Origin: the human T2T-CHM13v2.0 reference genome, Homo sapiens
Assembly: GCA_009914755.4 (NCBI GenBank)
Contig: CP086569.2
Location: 12,128,001-12,192,000 of the forward strand
Direction of reading: 5' to 3'
Length of the DNA: 64,000 nucleotides
Shown here: in pieces, positions 42,001 through 56,120 of the stretch
Position numbering within the stretch: the stretch's first letter is position 1
Layout: every line of letters starts with the position of its first letter
Position numbers and translations under genes: made by a program
Notes under the pieces: model-generated
The model's input: the letters and a program-made list of their open reading frames with translations, nothing else
What the model was told of the DNA's origin: nothing
Databases searched by the model: none

Positions 42001-44552
42001 ACGGATTGGTGTGGAATGATCTCGAATGGATTGGAAACGAATGGAATGGAAAAGAATAGAATGGAATGTAATCAAATGGAACGAAATGTAATGGAATGGA
42101 TTCGACTGGAACAGAATTGAATGGAGTGGAGTGGAATGGAATGGAATGCAATCGAATGGAATGGACACGAATGGAATAGAATGAAATGAAATGGCATAGA
42201 ATGGAATGGAATCAATCGAATGGAATGGAATGGAATGGAATGGAATGGAATGGAATGGAATGGATGGAATGGAATGGCATGGAATGGAATGGAATGGCAT
42301 GGAATGAAATTTATTGGAATGGGATGGGCCCAAAAGTAATGGACTCAAATAAAAGGGACTCAAATAGAATGAATTGTAAAGAAACGGTCTCGAATGTAAT
42401 TTCTTTGAATAGAATGATATTGAACGGAATGCAATAGTATGGAATGGTATCGAATAGAATGGAATGGAATGGAACGGAATGGAGTGCATTTGAACGGACT
42501 CAAATGCAATAAATTGCAATATAATTGATTCAAATGGAATGAAATCGAATAGAATGTAAACAAATGGAATGGAAGGCAATGCAATGGAAAGGAATCGAAT
42601 GAAATGGAATAAATGGGATGGAATCGAATGGAAAGGACGCGAATATAATGGACTGTTAAGGAAAGGTCTCGAATCGAATTTATTCCAATAGAATGGAATC
42701 GAATGGAATGCAATACTATTGAATCGAATCGAATGGAATGGAATTGAATGGAATGGACAGGAATGGAATGAACTGGAAGTGAATGGACAAGAACGTAATA
42801 TACTGCAATGTAATTTATTCAAATGGAATGGAAAGCAATCGAATGGAATGGACGCGATTGCAATGGACTGGAGTGGAATGGACTGAAATGGAATGGAAAC
42901 GAATGTAATGGAATGGAACGGAAAGCAAAGGAATCTACCGGAATGGAATCGAACGGAACAGAAAGGAATGGAATAGAATGGAGTGGAATGGACTCGAATG
43001 GAATGTATTCGAATGTAATGGACCTGAAAGGAATGTAATCCAATGGAATGGAATGGAATGGAATCAAAAGGAATAGAAAGGAATAGAGTGTAATTGAATG
43101 ATATCGAATGGAAGGGAATGGAATGAACTCGAATGGAATGCACTGGAATGGAATGGACTCGATCAGAACGGACTGGAGAGGAATGTACACAAATGGAATG
43201 GAAACGAATGGAATGGAATGCAATGGAATTGAAAGGAACGGAATCAAATGGAATGGAATGGAATGGAATGGATTGGAATAGAATGGATTCAAATAAAATA
43301 GAATCGATTGGAATGGTATTGAATGGAAGGGACTTGAATGGAATGGAAAGCAATGGAAGATATTGGAATCGAATGGCATCGAATGAAATGGAATGGAACG
43401 GAATGGAACGGACCCGAATGGAATGGAATGGACTCAAATGGAATGGACTCGAATGGAATCGACTGAAATATAATAGACTCGAATGGAATGGCCTCGAGCG
43501 GAATTTATTTGAATAGAATGGAATCAAATGGAAAACAATAGTATGGAATGGAATGGAATCGAATGGAATGTAATCAAATGGAATGGAACGGAATTCAATA
43601 TAATGGAGTAGAATGGAATGCATTGGAAAGGAGCAGAGTGGAATCGAGTGGATTGGAATCGAGTGGAATGGAATCAAAGGGAACGAAATCGAATTGAATG
43701 GACTTGAATGGAATTGAGTGGAAAGGAATTGACTCGAAAGGAATGGACTGGAACAAAAAGGAATCAAATGGACAGGAATGGAATGGAATGGACTCGAATG
43801 GAGTGGAGTCAAATACAAACGCATCGAATGGAATGGATTCAAATGGAATGCAATTCAATGGAATAGAAAGGAAGAGAATGGAATTGAGAGTAATGGAAAG
43901 ATATCGATTGGAATGAAATGGAATGGAAAGGAATTGCATGGAAAGGAATGGACTCGAAAGAAATAGATTGGAATGGAATGGTCTCCAATGGAATGGACTG
44001 GAGTGGAATGGAATCGAATGGAATGAAAAGAATGGAACGGAATGGAACGGAAAGGAATAGAATGTTATGGAATCCGATTGGACAGAATGGAATGGAATGG
44101 AGTTTCATGAAATGGAGTCGAATACAGTGGCATCAAAAGAAATGGAATGGAATGGAGTGGACTCAAAAGGAATGGACTCGAAAGGAATGGAGTCGAACAG
44201 AATGGAATGGAATGGAATGAACTCGACTGGAGTAGAGAGGAATGTAAAGGAATAGAATGGAATGTAATCAAATGGATTGCAAGTGAATGGAATCAAAAAT
44301 AATAGAAAGGAATGGAGTGTAAAGGGATGATATTGAATAAAATGGAATGGAATGGAATTTAATGGAATGGAGTCTCAGGAATGGACAGGAATGTAATGGA
44401 CTCCAATGGAATGGAATGGATCAAGATGGATTTGAACAGATTGGAATCGAACGGAATGGAATGCAATGGAATGGAATGGACTCGAATGGAGAAGAGACAA
44501 ATGGAATGGAAACGAATTCAATGGAATTGAAAAGAATAGAATGGAATGGCCT
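39067..44552 (+). repeat. Array B HOR copy 1 (5486 bp)
   Basis: Bounded by the 'ctgtaatggtaagatactaaatgg' landmark at 39065 and 44551. Confidence 0.85.
43120..44470 (+). repeat. Array-A-like ~1.35 kb element embedded in B HOR copy 1; equivalent elements lie at ~48630-49980, ~54121-56040 and ~60160-61530
   Basis: The sequence runs from A-unit offset ~590 ('ggaatggactcgatcagaacggactggagaggaatgtacacaaatgg') through the A unit end, then A offset 0 to ~600, which is a circular permutation of a full A unit. It carries B-specific variants ('ggaatggagtttcatg' for 'ggaatgcagtttcatg', 'atcgattggaatggtattg', 'gtggagtcaaat', 'caattcaatgg') and a ~30 bp deletion of the direct repeat 'ccaaattgaatcaaatggattggagtcgaa'. 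Pseudo-ORFs there match array-A ones, e.g. 43133 versus 12834. Confidence 0.8.
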
Positions 44553-47500
44553 GTAATGGTAAGATACTAAATGGAATGGAATTGAATGGAATGTAGTGGA
44601 ATGGACGCAAATGTAATGCACTCGAATGGAATATACTCAAATAGAATGGAATCGAAAGGAAAGGTCTCAAATGGAATTTATTCAATACAATGGAATCGAA
44701 TGGAATGCAATAGAATGGAAAGGAATCGAATGTAATGGAATCAAATAGAATGGACCAGAATGGAATGGACTGCCATAGAACGGACTGCAGTGTAAAGGAT
44801 TGAATTCAAATTCATTCAAATGGAATGGAATTGAATGGAATGGAATCCAATGGAATGGATAGGATTGTACTGGAATGGAATAGCATGGAATGCAACGGAG
44901 TGGAATGGAGTTGAATGAAGTAGAATGGAATCGATTGGAATGGAATCAAATGGAATGGACGGGAATGGAATGGACTGGAAGAGAACAGACTCGAATATAA
45001 TGGATTGTAATGTAATTGATTCAGATGGAATGGAATCGAATGGAATGTAATAAAATTGAAGGGATTGGAGTCCAATGCAATGAAATAGAATGGAATGCAA
45101 AGGAAAGGAAAGGCACGGAGTGAAATCGAGTGTAATGGAATCGAATGGAATGAAATCGAATGGAATGGACTCAAAAGAAATGGACGAGGGACAAAACGGA
45201 ATCGAACTGATTGGAATCGAATGGAACGGAATGGAATGGAATGGTCTCCATTGGATGGGAGTAGAACGGATTGGAATGAAATGGAATGGAAAGGAATAGA
45301 ATGGAATGGAAAGGAATGGAAGATAATGGAAAGATATCGAACGGATTGGAAAGGAATGGAATGGACGCTAATGGAATGGAGTGGAATTCAACAGAAACGA
45401 ATGGAATGGACTGGAGTGAAATGGAGTCGAATGTAATTGACTGGAGAGGAATGGGCTCGAAAGGAATGGACTCGAATAGAATGGACTGGAATGGATTGTA
45501 CTCTAATGGAGTGGAAAGGAATAAAATGGATTCCACCAGATTGGAATGGAACAGAATGTAATGGAATGGAATGGAATGGAATGGAATGGCACGAATGGAA
45601 TGGAGTCGAATGCAATGGAAGAGAAAGGAAAGGAATTGGATGGAATTGAAAGTAATAGAATTAAATAGAGCGCAAAGGAAAGATATCGAATGGAATGGAT
45701 CGAAAAGAAATAGAATGGAATGGACAGGAATGGAATGGAATAGAATGGAATAGACTGGCGTGAAATGAAAACGAATGGAATGGAAACGAATGGAATGGAA
45801 TGGAAAGGAATGGAGTAGAATAAATACTATGGAATGGAATGGAATGGAATGGAGGCGAAAGGAAAAGAATGGATTGGAATGTCACCGTATGGAAAGATAT
45901 GGACTGGAAAGGAATGGATACGAATGGAATGGAATAGAAAGGAACGGAAAGGTAAAGAATGGAATGGAATCGGATAGAATGGAATGCAATGTAATGGAGT
46001 CGAATGGAAAATAATCGAGTAGAATGATATCGAATGGAATGGAATGGAATGGAATGGACTCGAATGGAATGTACTCAGATGGATTAGAATAGAATGGAAT
46101 GGAACTAAACGTAATGAACTCGAATGGAATGGACACAAATAGAATGGAAGAGAAAGGAATGGTATTGAATGGAATTTATTCGAATAGAATGGAATTCAAT
46201 GGAATGCAACAGTGTGGCATGGAATCAAATGGAATGGAATCGAATGGAAAGGACCCGAGTGGAATGGACTCACATAGAACAGCCTCGAATGTAATGGATG
46301 ACAATGTATTAGATTCGAAAGGACTGAAATCGAATGGAATGTAATCAAATAGAACGGAATTGAATGCATGGAATGGCATAGAAAGTAATGCAATGGAATG
46401 GAATAGACGGCAATGGAATGGAATCGGATGGAGTGTAATGAAATGTAATGGAAGGAATGCCATGGAATGGAATGGAATGGAATGCAATGGGACGGTGTAT
46501 AATGGAGTGCCATGGATTTCAGTGGAATGCAGTCAAAAGGAATGAAATAGAATGGAATTCAATATAATGGAATGGCATCCAATGGCAAGGAATGGAGCAG
46601 ACTCCAGTGGAAACGACAAGAAAGGAATATAATATAATGGAATGGCATTGAACGAAATGGAATGCAATGGAGTTAAAAGGTAAAATATCGAAAGGAAAAG
46701 AATTGAATGGACTCGAATGGAATATAATGGAATGGAATGGATTCGAATGGAATGTACTAGAGTTGTATGGAATCGAATGGAATGGAAAACAATGGAAAGG
46801 AAAGGAAGGGAATTGAAAGGAAAGGAATAGAATAGAATGGAATCGGATGGAACAGAATTAAATGGAATGGAAATTAAAGGAATAGAATAGAAAGGAATGG
46901 CATTGAATGGAATGGAAATGAATGGAATCAGATGGAACAGAAAGGAATGGAATAGAATCGAATGGAATGGCAACGAATGGATTGGAATGGAATGTAATGG
47001 AATGGAATGGAAAGGAATGGAATGGACTCAAATGGAATGTACTCAAATGGAATAGAATAGAATGGAATGGAAGTAAATATAATGGACTCGAGTGGAATGG
47101 ATTGGAATAAATTGGAATTGAATGTATTGGATTCGAATGGAAAGGAATGGAATGGAATGGAATGGAATGGAATGGATTCGAGTGGAATGGAACGAATTGG
47201 AATGTAATTGAATGGAGTCGAAAACAGTAGAAAGAAATAAAGTATAATCGAATGATATCGAATGGAATTGAATGGAATGTACGCAAATGGAATTGACTGG
47301 AATGGAATGGAATGACATGTAATGGAATCGAAAGGAATGGAATCGAATGAAATGGAATTGAATGGAATAGAAAGGAATAGAATGGAATGGAGTTTAATGG
47401 AAAGATATTAAAAGTAATGGAATGGAATTGAGTGGACACAAATGGAATGGACTGGAATGGAAAGGACTCGAATGAAATGGAGCGCATTAGAATGGACTCG

Positions 47501-50060
47501 AATGGAACGGATTGGTGTGGAATTGTCTCGAATGGATTGGAAACGAATGGAATGGAAAAGAATAGAATGGAATGTAATCAAATGGAACGAAATGGAATGG
47601 AATGGATTCGACTGAAACAGAATTAACTGGAGTGGAATTGAATGGAATGGAATGCAATCGAATGGAATGGACACGAATGGAATAGAATGAAATGAAATGG
47701 CATAGAATGGAATGGAATGGAATGGAATGGAATGGAATGGAATGGAATGGAATGGAATGGAATGCATTGGAATGGAATGGAATGGCATGGCATGGAATGG
47801 AATGGCATGGAATGAAATGGATTGGAATGGAATGGGTCCAAAAGTAATGGACTCAAATAAAAGGGACTGAAATAGAATGAATTGTAAAGAAACGGTCTCG
47901 AATGTAATTTATTCGAATAGAATGATATTGAATGGAATGCGATAGTGTAGAATGGTATCGAATAGAATGGAATGGAATGGAACGGAATGGAGTGCATTTG
48001 AACGGACTCAAATGCAATAAATTGCAATATAATTGATTCAAATGGAATGAAATCGAATAGAATGTAAACAAATGGAATGGAAGGCAATGCAATGGAAAGG
48101 AATCGAATGAAATGGAATAAATGGGATGGAATCGAATGGAAAGGACGCGAATATAATGGACTGTTAAGGAAAGGTCTCGAATCGAATTTATTCCAATAGA
48201 ATGGAATCGAATGGAATGCAATACTATTGAATCGAATCGAATGGAATGGAATTGAATGGAATGGACAGGAATGGAATGAACTGGAAGTGAATGGACAAGA
48301 ACGTAATATATTGCAATGTAATTTATTCAAATGGAATGGAAAGCAATCGAATGGAATGGACGCGATTGCAATGGACTGGAGTGGAATGGACTGAAATGGA
48401 ATGGAAACGAATGCAATGGAATGGAAAGGAAAGCAAAGGAATCTACCCGAATGGAATCGAACGGAACAGAAAGGAATGGAATAGAATGGAGTGGAATGGA
48501 CTCGAATGGAATGTATTTGAATGTAATGGACCTGAAAGGAATGTAATCCAATGGAATGGAATTGAATGGAATCAAAAGGAATAGAAAGGAATAGAGTGTA
48601 ATTGAATGATATCGAATGGAAGGGAATGGAATGAAGTCGAATGGAATGCACTGGAATGGAATGGACTCGATCAGAACGGACTGGAGAGGAATGTACACAA
48701 ATGGAATGGAAACGAATGGAATGGAATGAAATGGAATTGAAAGGAACGGAATCAAATGGAATGGAATGGAATGGAATGGATTGGAATAGAATGGATTCAA
48801 ATAAAATAGAATCGATTGGAATGGTATTGAAAGGAAGGGACTTGAATGGAATGGAAAGCAATGGAAGATATTGGAATCTAATGGCATCGAATGAAATGGA
48901 ATGGAACGGAATGGAACGAACCCGAATGGAATAGAATGGACTCAAATGTAATGGACTCGAATGGAATCGACTGAAATATAATAGACTCGAAAGGAATGGC
49001 CTCGAGCGGAATTTATTTGAATAGAATGGAATCAAATGGAAAACAATAGTCTGGAATGGAATGGAATCGAATGGAATGTAATCAAATGGAATGGAACGGA
49101 ATTCAATATAATGGAGTAGAATGGAATGCATTGGAAAGGAGCAGAGTGGAATCGAGTGGATTGGAATCGAGTGGAATGGAATCAAAGGGAACGAAATGGA
49201 ATTGAATGGACTTGAATGGAATTGAGTGGAAAGGAATTGACTCGAAAGGAATGGACTGGAACAAAAAGGAATCAAATGGACAGGAATGGAATGGAATGGA
49301 CTCGAATGGAGTGGAGTCAAATGCAAACGCATCGAATGGAATGGATTCAAATGGAATGCAATTCAATGGAATAGAAAGGAAGAGAATGGAATTGAGAGTA
49401 ATGGAAAGATATCGATTGGAATGAAATGGAATGGAAAGGGATTGCATGGAAAGGAATGGACTCGAAAGAAATGGATTGGAATGGAATGGTCTCCAATGGA
49501 ATGGACTGGAGTGGAATGGAATCGAATGGAATGAAAAGAATGGAACGGAATGGAACGGAAAGGAATAGAATGTTATGGAATCCGATTGGACAGAATGGAA
49601 TGGAATGGAGTTTCATGAAATGGAGTCGAATAAAGTGGCATCAAAAGAAATGGAATGGAATGGAGTGGACTCAAAAGGAATGGACTCGAAAGGAATGGAG
49701 TCGAACAGAATGGAATGGAATGGAATGAACTCGACTGGAGTAGAGAGGAATGTAAAGGAATAGAACGGAATGTAATCAAATGGACTGCAAGTGAATGGAA
49801 TCAAAAATAATAGAAAGGAATAGAGTGTAAAGGGATGATATGGAATAAAATGGAATGGAATGGAATTTAATGGAATGGAGTCTCAGGAATGGACAGGAAT
49901 GTAATGGACTCCAATGGAATGGAATGGATCAAAATGGATTTGAACAGATTGGAATCGAACGCAATGGAATGCAATGGAATGGAATGGACTCGAATGGAGA
50001 AGAGACAAATGGAATGGAAACGAATTCAATGGAATTGAAAAGAATAGAATGGAATGGCGA
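44553..50060 (+). repeat. Array B HOR copy 2 (5508 bp)
   Basis: Bounded by the landmark at 44553 and 50061. Confidence 0.85.
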
Positions 50061-53000
50061 GTAATGGTAAGATACTAAATGGAATGGAATTGAATGGAAT
50101 GTAGTGAAATGGACGCAAATGTAATGCACTCGAAAGGAATATACTCAAATAGAATGGAATCGAAAGGAAAGGTCTCAAATGGAATTTATTCAATACAATG
50201 GAATCGAATGGAATGCAATAGAATGGAAAGGAATCGAATGTAATGGAATCAAATAGAATGGACCAGAATGGAATGGACTGCCATAGAACGGACTGCAGTG
50301 TAAAGGATTGAATTCTAATTCATTCAAATGGAATGGAATTGAATGGAATGGAATCCAATGGAATGGATAGGATTGTACTGGAATGGAATAGCGTGGAATG
50401 CAACGGAGTGGAAAGGAGTTGAATGAAGTGGAATGGAATCGATTGGAATGGAATCAAATGGAATGGACGGGAATGGAATGGACTGGAAGAGAACAGACTC
50501 GAATATAATGGATTGCAATGTAATTGATTCAAATGGAATGGAATCGATTGGAATGTAATAAAATTGAAGGGATTGGAGTTCAATGCAATGAAATAGAATG
50601 GAATGCAAAGGAAACGAAAGGCACGGAGTGAAATCGAGTGTAATGGAATCGAATGGAATGAAATCGAATGGAATGGACTCAAAAGAAATGGACGAGGGAC
50701 AAAACGGAATCAAACTGATTGGAATCGAATGGAACGGAATGGAATGTAATGGTCTCCATTGGATGGGAGTAGAACGGATTGGAATGAAATGGAATGGAAA
50801 GGAATAGAATGGAATGGAAAGGAATGGAAGGTAATGGAAAGATATTGAACGGATTGGAAAGGAATGGAATGGACGCTAATGGAATGGAGTGGAATTCAAC
50901 AGAAACGAATGGAATGGACTGGAGTGAAATGGAGTCGAATGTAATTGACTGGAGAGGAAGGGGCTCGAAAGGAATGGACTCGAATAGAATGGACTGCAAT
51001 GGATTGTACTCGAATGGAGTGGAAAGGAATAAAATGGATTCCACGAGATTTGAATGGAACAGACTGAAATGGAATGGAATGGAATGCAATGGAATGGCTC
51101 GAATGGAATGGAGTCGAATGCAATGGAAGAGAAAGGAAAGGAATTGGACAGAATTGAAAGTAATAGAATTAAATGGAGTGCAAAGGAAAGATATCGAATG
51201 GAATGGATCGAAAAGAAGGAGAATGGAATGCACAGGAATGGAATGTAATAGAATGGAATAGACTGGCGTGCAATGAAAACGAATGGAAGGGAAACGAATG
51301 GAATGGAATGGAAAGGAATGGAGTAGAATAAATACTATGGAATGGAATGGAATGGAATGGAATGGAATGGAGGCAAAAGGAAAAGAATGGATTAGAATGT
51401 CACCGAATGGAAAGATATGGAATGGAAAGGAATGGATACGAATGGAATGGAATAGAAAGGAACGGAAAGGTAAAGAATGGAATGGAATAGGATAGAATGG
51501 AATGCTATGTAATGGAGTCGAATGGAAAATAATCGAGTAGAATGATATCGAATGGAATGGAATGGAATGGAATGGACTCGAATGGAATGTACTCAAATGG
51601 ATTAGAATAGAATGGAATGGAACTAAACGTAATTAACTCGAATGGAATGGGCACAAATAGAATGGAAGAGAAAGGAATGGTATTGAATGGAATTTATCCG
51701 AATAGAATGGAATTCAATGGAATGCAACAGTGTGGCATGGAATCAAATGGAATGGAATCGAATGGAATGGACCCGAGTGGAATGGACTCACATAGAACAG
51801 CCTCGAATGTAATGGATTACAATATATTAGATTCGAAAGGACTGAAATCGAATGGAATGTAAAAAAATAGAACGGAATTGAATGCATGGAATGGCATAGA
51901 AAGTAATGCAATGGAATGGAATAGACTGGAATGGAATGGAATCGGATGGAATGTAATGAAATGTAATGGAAGGAATGCCATGGAATAGAATGGAATGGAA
52001 TGCAATGGGACGGTGTATAATGGAGTGCCATGGATTTCAGAGGAATGCAGTCAAAAGGAATGAAATAGAATGGAATTCAATAAAATGGAATGGCATCCAA
52101 TGGCAAGGAATGGAGCGGACTCCAGTGGAAACGACATGAAAGGAATATAATATAATGGAATGGCATTGAACGAAATGGAAAGCAATGGAGTTAAAAGGTA
52201 AAATATCGAATGGAATAGAATTGAATGGACTCGAATGGAATATAATGGAATGGAATGGATTCGAATGGAATGTACTAGAGTTGTATGGATTCGAATGGAA
52301 TGGAAAACAATGGAAAGAAAGGAAGGGAATTGAAAGGAAAGGAATAGAATGGAATGGAATCGGATGGAACAGAATTGAATGGAATGGAAATTAAAGGAAT
52401 AGAATAGAAAGGAATGGCATTGAATGGAATGGAAATGAATGGAATCAGATGGAACAGAAAGGAATGGAATAGAATCGAATGGAATGGCAACGAACGGATT
52501 GGAATGGAATGTAATGGAATGGAATGGAAAGGAATGGAATGGACTCAAATGGAATGTACTCAAATGGAATAGAATAGAATGGAATGGAAGTAAATATAAT
52601 GGACTCGAGTGGAATGGATTGGAATAAATTGGAATTGAATGTATTGGATTCGAATGGAAAGGAATGGAATGGAATGGAATGGAATGGAATGGATTCGAAT
52701 GGAATGGAACGAATTGGAATGTAATTGAATGGAGTCGAAAACAGTAGAAAGAAATAAAGTATAATCGAATGATATCGAATGGAATTGAATGGAATGTACG
52801 CGAATGGAATGGACTGGAATGGAATGGAATGACATGTAATGGAATCGAAAGGAATGGAATCGAATGAAATGGAATTGAATGGAATAGAAAGGAATAGAAT
52901 GGAATGGAGTTTAATGGAAAGATATTAAAAGTAATGGACTGGAATTGAGTGGACACAAATGGAATGGACTGGAATGGAAAGGACTCGAATGAAATGGAGC

Positions 53001-56000
53001 GCATTAGAATGGACTCGAATGGAACGGATTGGTGTGGAATTGTCTCGAATGGATTGGAAACGAATGGAATGGAAAAGAATAGAATGGAATGTAATCAAAT
53101 GGAACGAAATGGAATGGAATGGATTCGACTGAAACAGAATTAACTGGAGTGGAATTGAATGGAATGGAATGCAATCGAATGGAATGGACACGAATGGAAT
53201 AGAATGAAATGAAATGGCATAGAATGGAATGGAATGGAATGGAATGGAATGGAATGGAATGGATTGGAATGGAATGGAATGGCATGGCATGGAATGGAAT
53301 GGCATGCAATGAAATGGATTGGAATGGAATGGGTCCAAAAGTAATGGACTCAAATAAAAGGGACTGAAATAGAATGAATTGTAAAGAAACGGTCTCGAAT
53401 GTAATTTATTCGAATAGAATGATATTGAATGGAATGCGATAGTATAGAATGGTATCGAATAGAATGGAATGGAATGGAACGGAATGGAGTGCATTTGAAC
53501 GGACTCAAATGCAATAAATTGCAATATAATTGATTCAAATGGAATGAAATCGAATAGAATGTAAACAAATGGAATGGAAGGCAATGCAATGGAAAGGAAT
53601 CGAATGAAATGGAATAAATGGGATGGAATCGAATGGAAAGGACGCGAATATAATGGACTGTTAAGGAAAGGTCTCGAATCGAATTTATTCCAATAGAATG
53701 GAATCGAATGGAATGCAATACTATTGAATCGAATCGAATGGAATGGAATTGAATGGAATGGACAGGAATGGAATGAACTGGAAGTGAATGGAGAAGAACG
53801 TAATATATTGCAATGTAATTTATTCAAATGGAATGGAAAGCAATCGAATGGAATGGACGCGATTGCAATGGATTGGAGTGGAATGGACTGAAATGGAATG
53901 GAAACGAATGTAATGGAATGGAAAGGAAAGCAAAGGAATCTACCGGAATGGAATCGAACGGAAGAGAAAGGAATGGAATAGAATGGAGTGGAATGGACTC
54001 GAATGGAATGTATTCGAATGTAATGGACCTGAAAGGAATGTAATAAAATGGAATGGAATTGAATGGAATCAAAAGGAATAGAAAGGAATAGAGTGTAATT
54101 GAATGATATCGAATGGAAGGGAATGGAATGAAGTCGAATGGAATGCACTGGAATGGAATGGACTCGATCAGAACGGACTGGAGAGGAATGTACAGAAATG
54201 GAATGGAAACGAATGGAATGAAAAGAATGGAACGGAATGGAATGGAAAGGAATAGAATGTTATGGAATCCGATTGAACAGAATGGAATGGAATGCAGTTT
54301 CATGAAATGGAGTCGAATATAGTGGCATCAAAAGGAATGGAATGGAGTGGACTCAAAAGGAATGGACTCGAAAGGAATGGAGTCGAACCAAATTGAATCA
54401 AATGGATTGGAGTCGAACAGAATGGAATGGAATGGAATGAACTCGACTGGAGTAGAGAGGAATGTAAAGGAATAGAATGGAATGTAATCAAATGGATTGC
54501 AAGTGAATGGAATCAAAAATAATAGAAAGGAATGGAGTGTAAAGGGATGATATTGAATTAAATGGAATGGAATGGAATTTAATGGAATGGAGTCGAAGGA
54601 ATGGACAGGAATGTAATGGACTCCAATGGAATGGAATGGATCAAAATGGATTTGAACAGATTGGAATCGAACGGAATGGAATGCAATGAAATGGAATGGA
54701 CTCGATCAGAACGGACTGGAGAGGAATGTACACAAATGGAATGGAAACGAAAGGAATGGAATGAAATGGAATGGAATGCAATGGAATTGAAAGGAACGGA
54801 ATCAAATGGAATGGAATGGAATGGAATGGATTGGAATAGAATGGATTCAAATAAAATAGAATCGATTGGAATGGTATTGAATGGAAGGGACTTGAATGGA
54901 ATGGAAAGCAATGGAAGATATTGGAATCGAATGGCACCGAATGAAATGGAATGGAACGGAATGGAACGGACCCGAATGGAATGGAATGGACTCAAATGTA
55001 ATGGACTCGAATGGAATCGACTGAAATATAATAGACTCGAAAGGAATGGCCTCGAGCGGAATTTATTTGAATAGAATGGAATCAAATGGAATACAATAGT
55101 ATTGAATGGAATGGAATGGAATGGAATCGAATGGAATGTAATCAAATGGAATGGAACGGAATTCAATATAATGGAGTAGAATGGAATGCATTGGAAAGGA
55201 GCAGAGTGGAATCGAGTGGATTGGAATCGAGTGGAATGGAATCAAAGGGAACGAAATCGAATTGAATGGACTTGAATGGAATTGAGTCGAAAGGAATTGA
55301 CTCGAAAGGAATGGACTGGAACAAAAAGGAATCAAATGGACAGGAATGGAATGGAATGGACTCGAATGGAGTGGAGTCAAATGCAAACGCATCGAATGGA
55401 ATGGATTCAAGTGGAATGCAATTGAATGGAATAGAAAGGAAGAGAATGGAATTGAGAGTAATGGAAAGATATCGATTGGAATGAAATGGAATGGAAAGGA
55501 ATTGCATGGAAAGGAATGGACTCGAAAGAAATGGATTGGAATGGAATGGTCTACATTGGAATGGACTGGAGTGGAATGGAATCGAATGGAATGAAAAGAA
55601 TGGAACCGAATGGGACGGAAAAGAATAGAATGTTATGGAATCCGATTGGACAGAATGGAATGGAATGGAGTTTCATGAAATGGAGTCGAATAGAGTGGCA
55701 TCAAAAGGAATGGAATCGAATGGAGTGGACTCAAAAGGAATGGACTCGAAAGGAATGGAGTCGAACAGAATGGAATGGAATGGAATGAACTCGACTGGAG
55801 TAGAGAGGAATGTAAAGGATTAGAATGGAATGTAATCAAATGGATTGCAAGTGAATGGAATCAAAAATAATAGAAAGGAATGGAGTGTAAAGGGATGATA
55901 TTGAATAAATTGGAATGGAATGGAATTTAATGGAATGGAGTCTCAGGAATGGACAGGAATGTAATGGACTCCAATGGAATGGAATGGATCAAAATGGATT

Positions 56001-56120
56001 TGAACAGATTGGAATCGAACGCAATGGAATGCAATGGAATGGAATGGACTCGAATGGAGAAGAGACAAATGGAATGGAAACGAATGCAATGGAATTGAAA
56101 AGAATAGAATGGAATGGCGT
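50061..56120 (+). repeat. Array B HOR copy 3 (6060 bp), a long variant carrying an extra ~568 bp partial A-like unit
   Basis: Bounded by the landmark at 50061 and 56121. The extra length maps to ~54200-54770, where A-unit sequence (offset ~85-650) is present a second time. Confidence 0.8.

Noticed and set aside
41902-43842. A 646 aa minus-strand ORF, the longest in the window, with similar 575 aa (47623-49350), 562 aa (58969-60657), 407 aa (52925-54148) and 363 aa (61871-62962) ORFs.
   Set aside because: The translation is the monotonous IPFHS/FHSIP pattern of (ATTCC)n. These frames contain no stop codons unless mutated. The ORFs recur once per B HOR and overlap opposite-strand ORFs. They show no start-context or codon-bias signal and are not coding.
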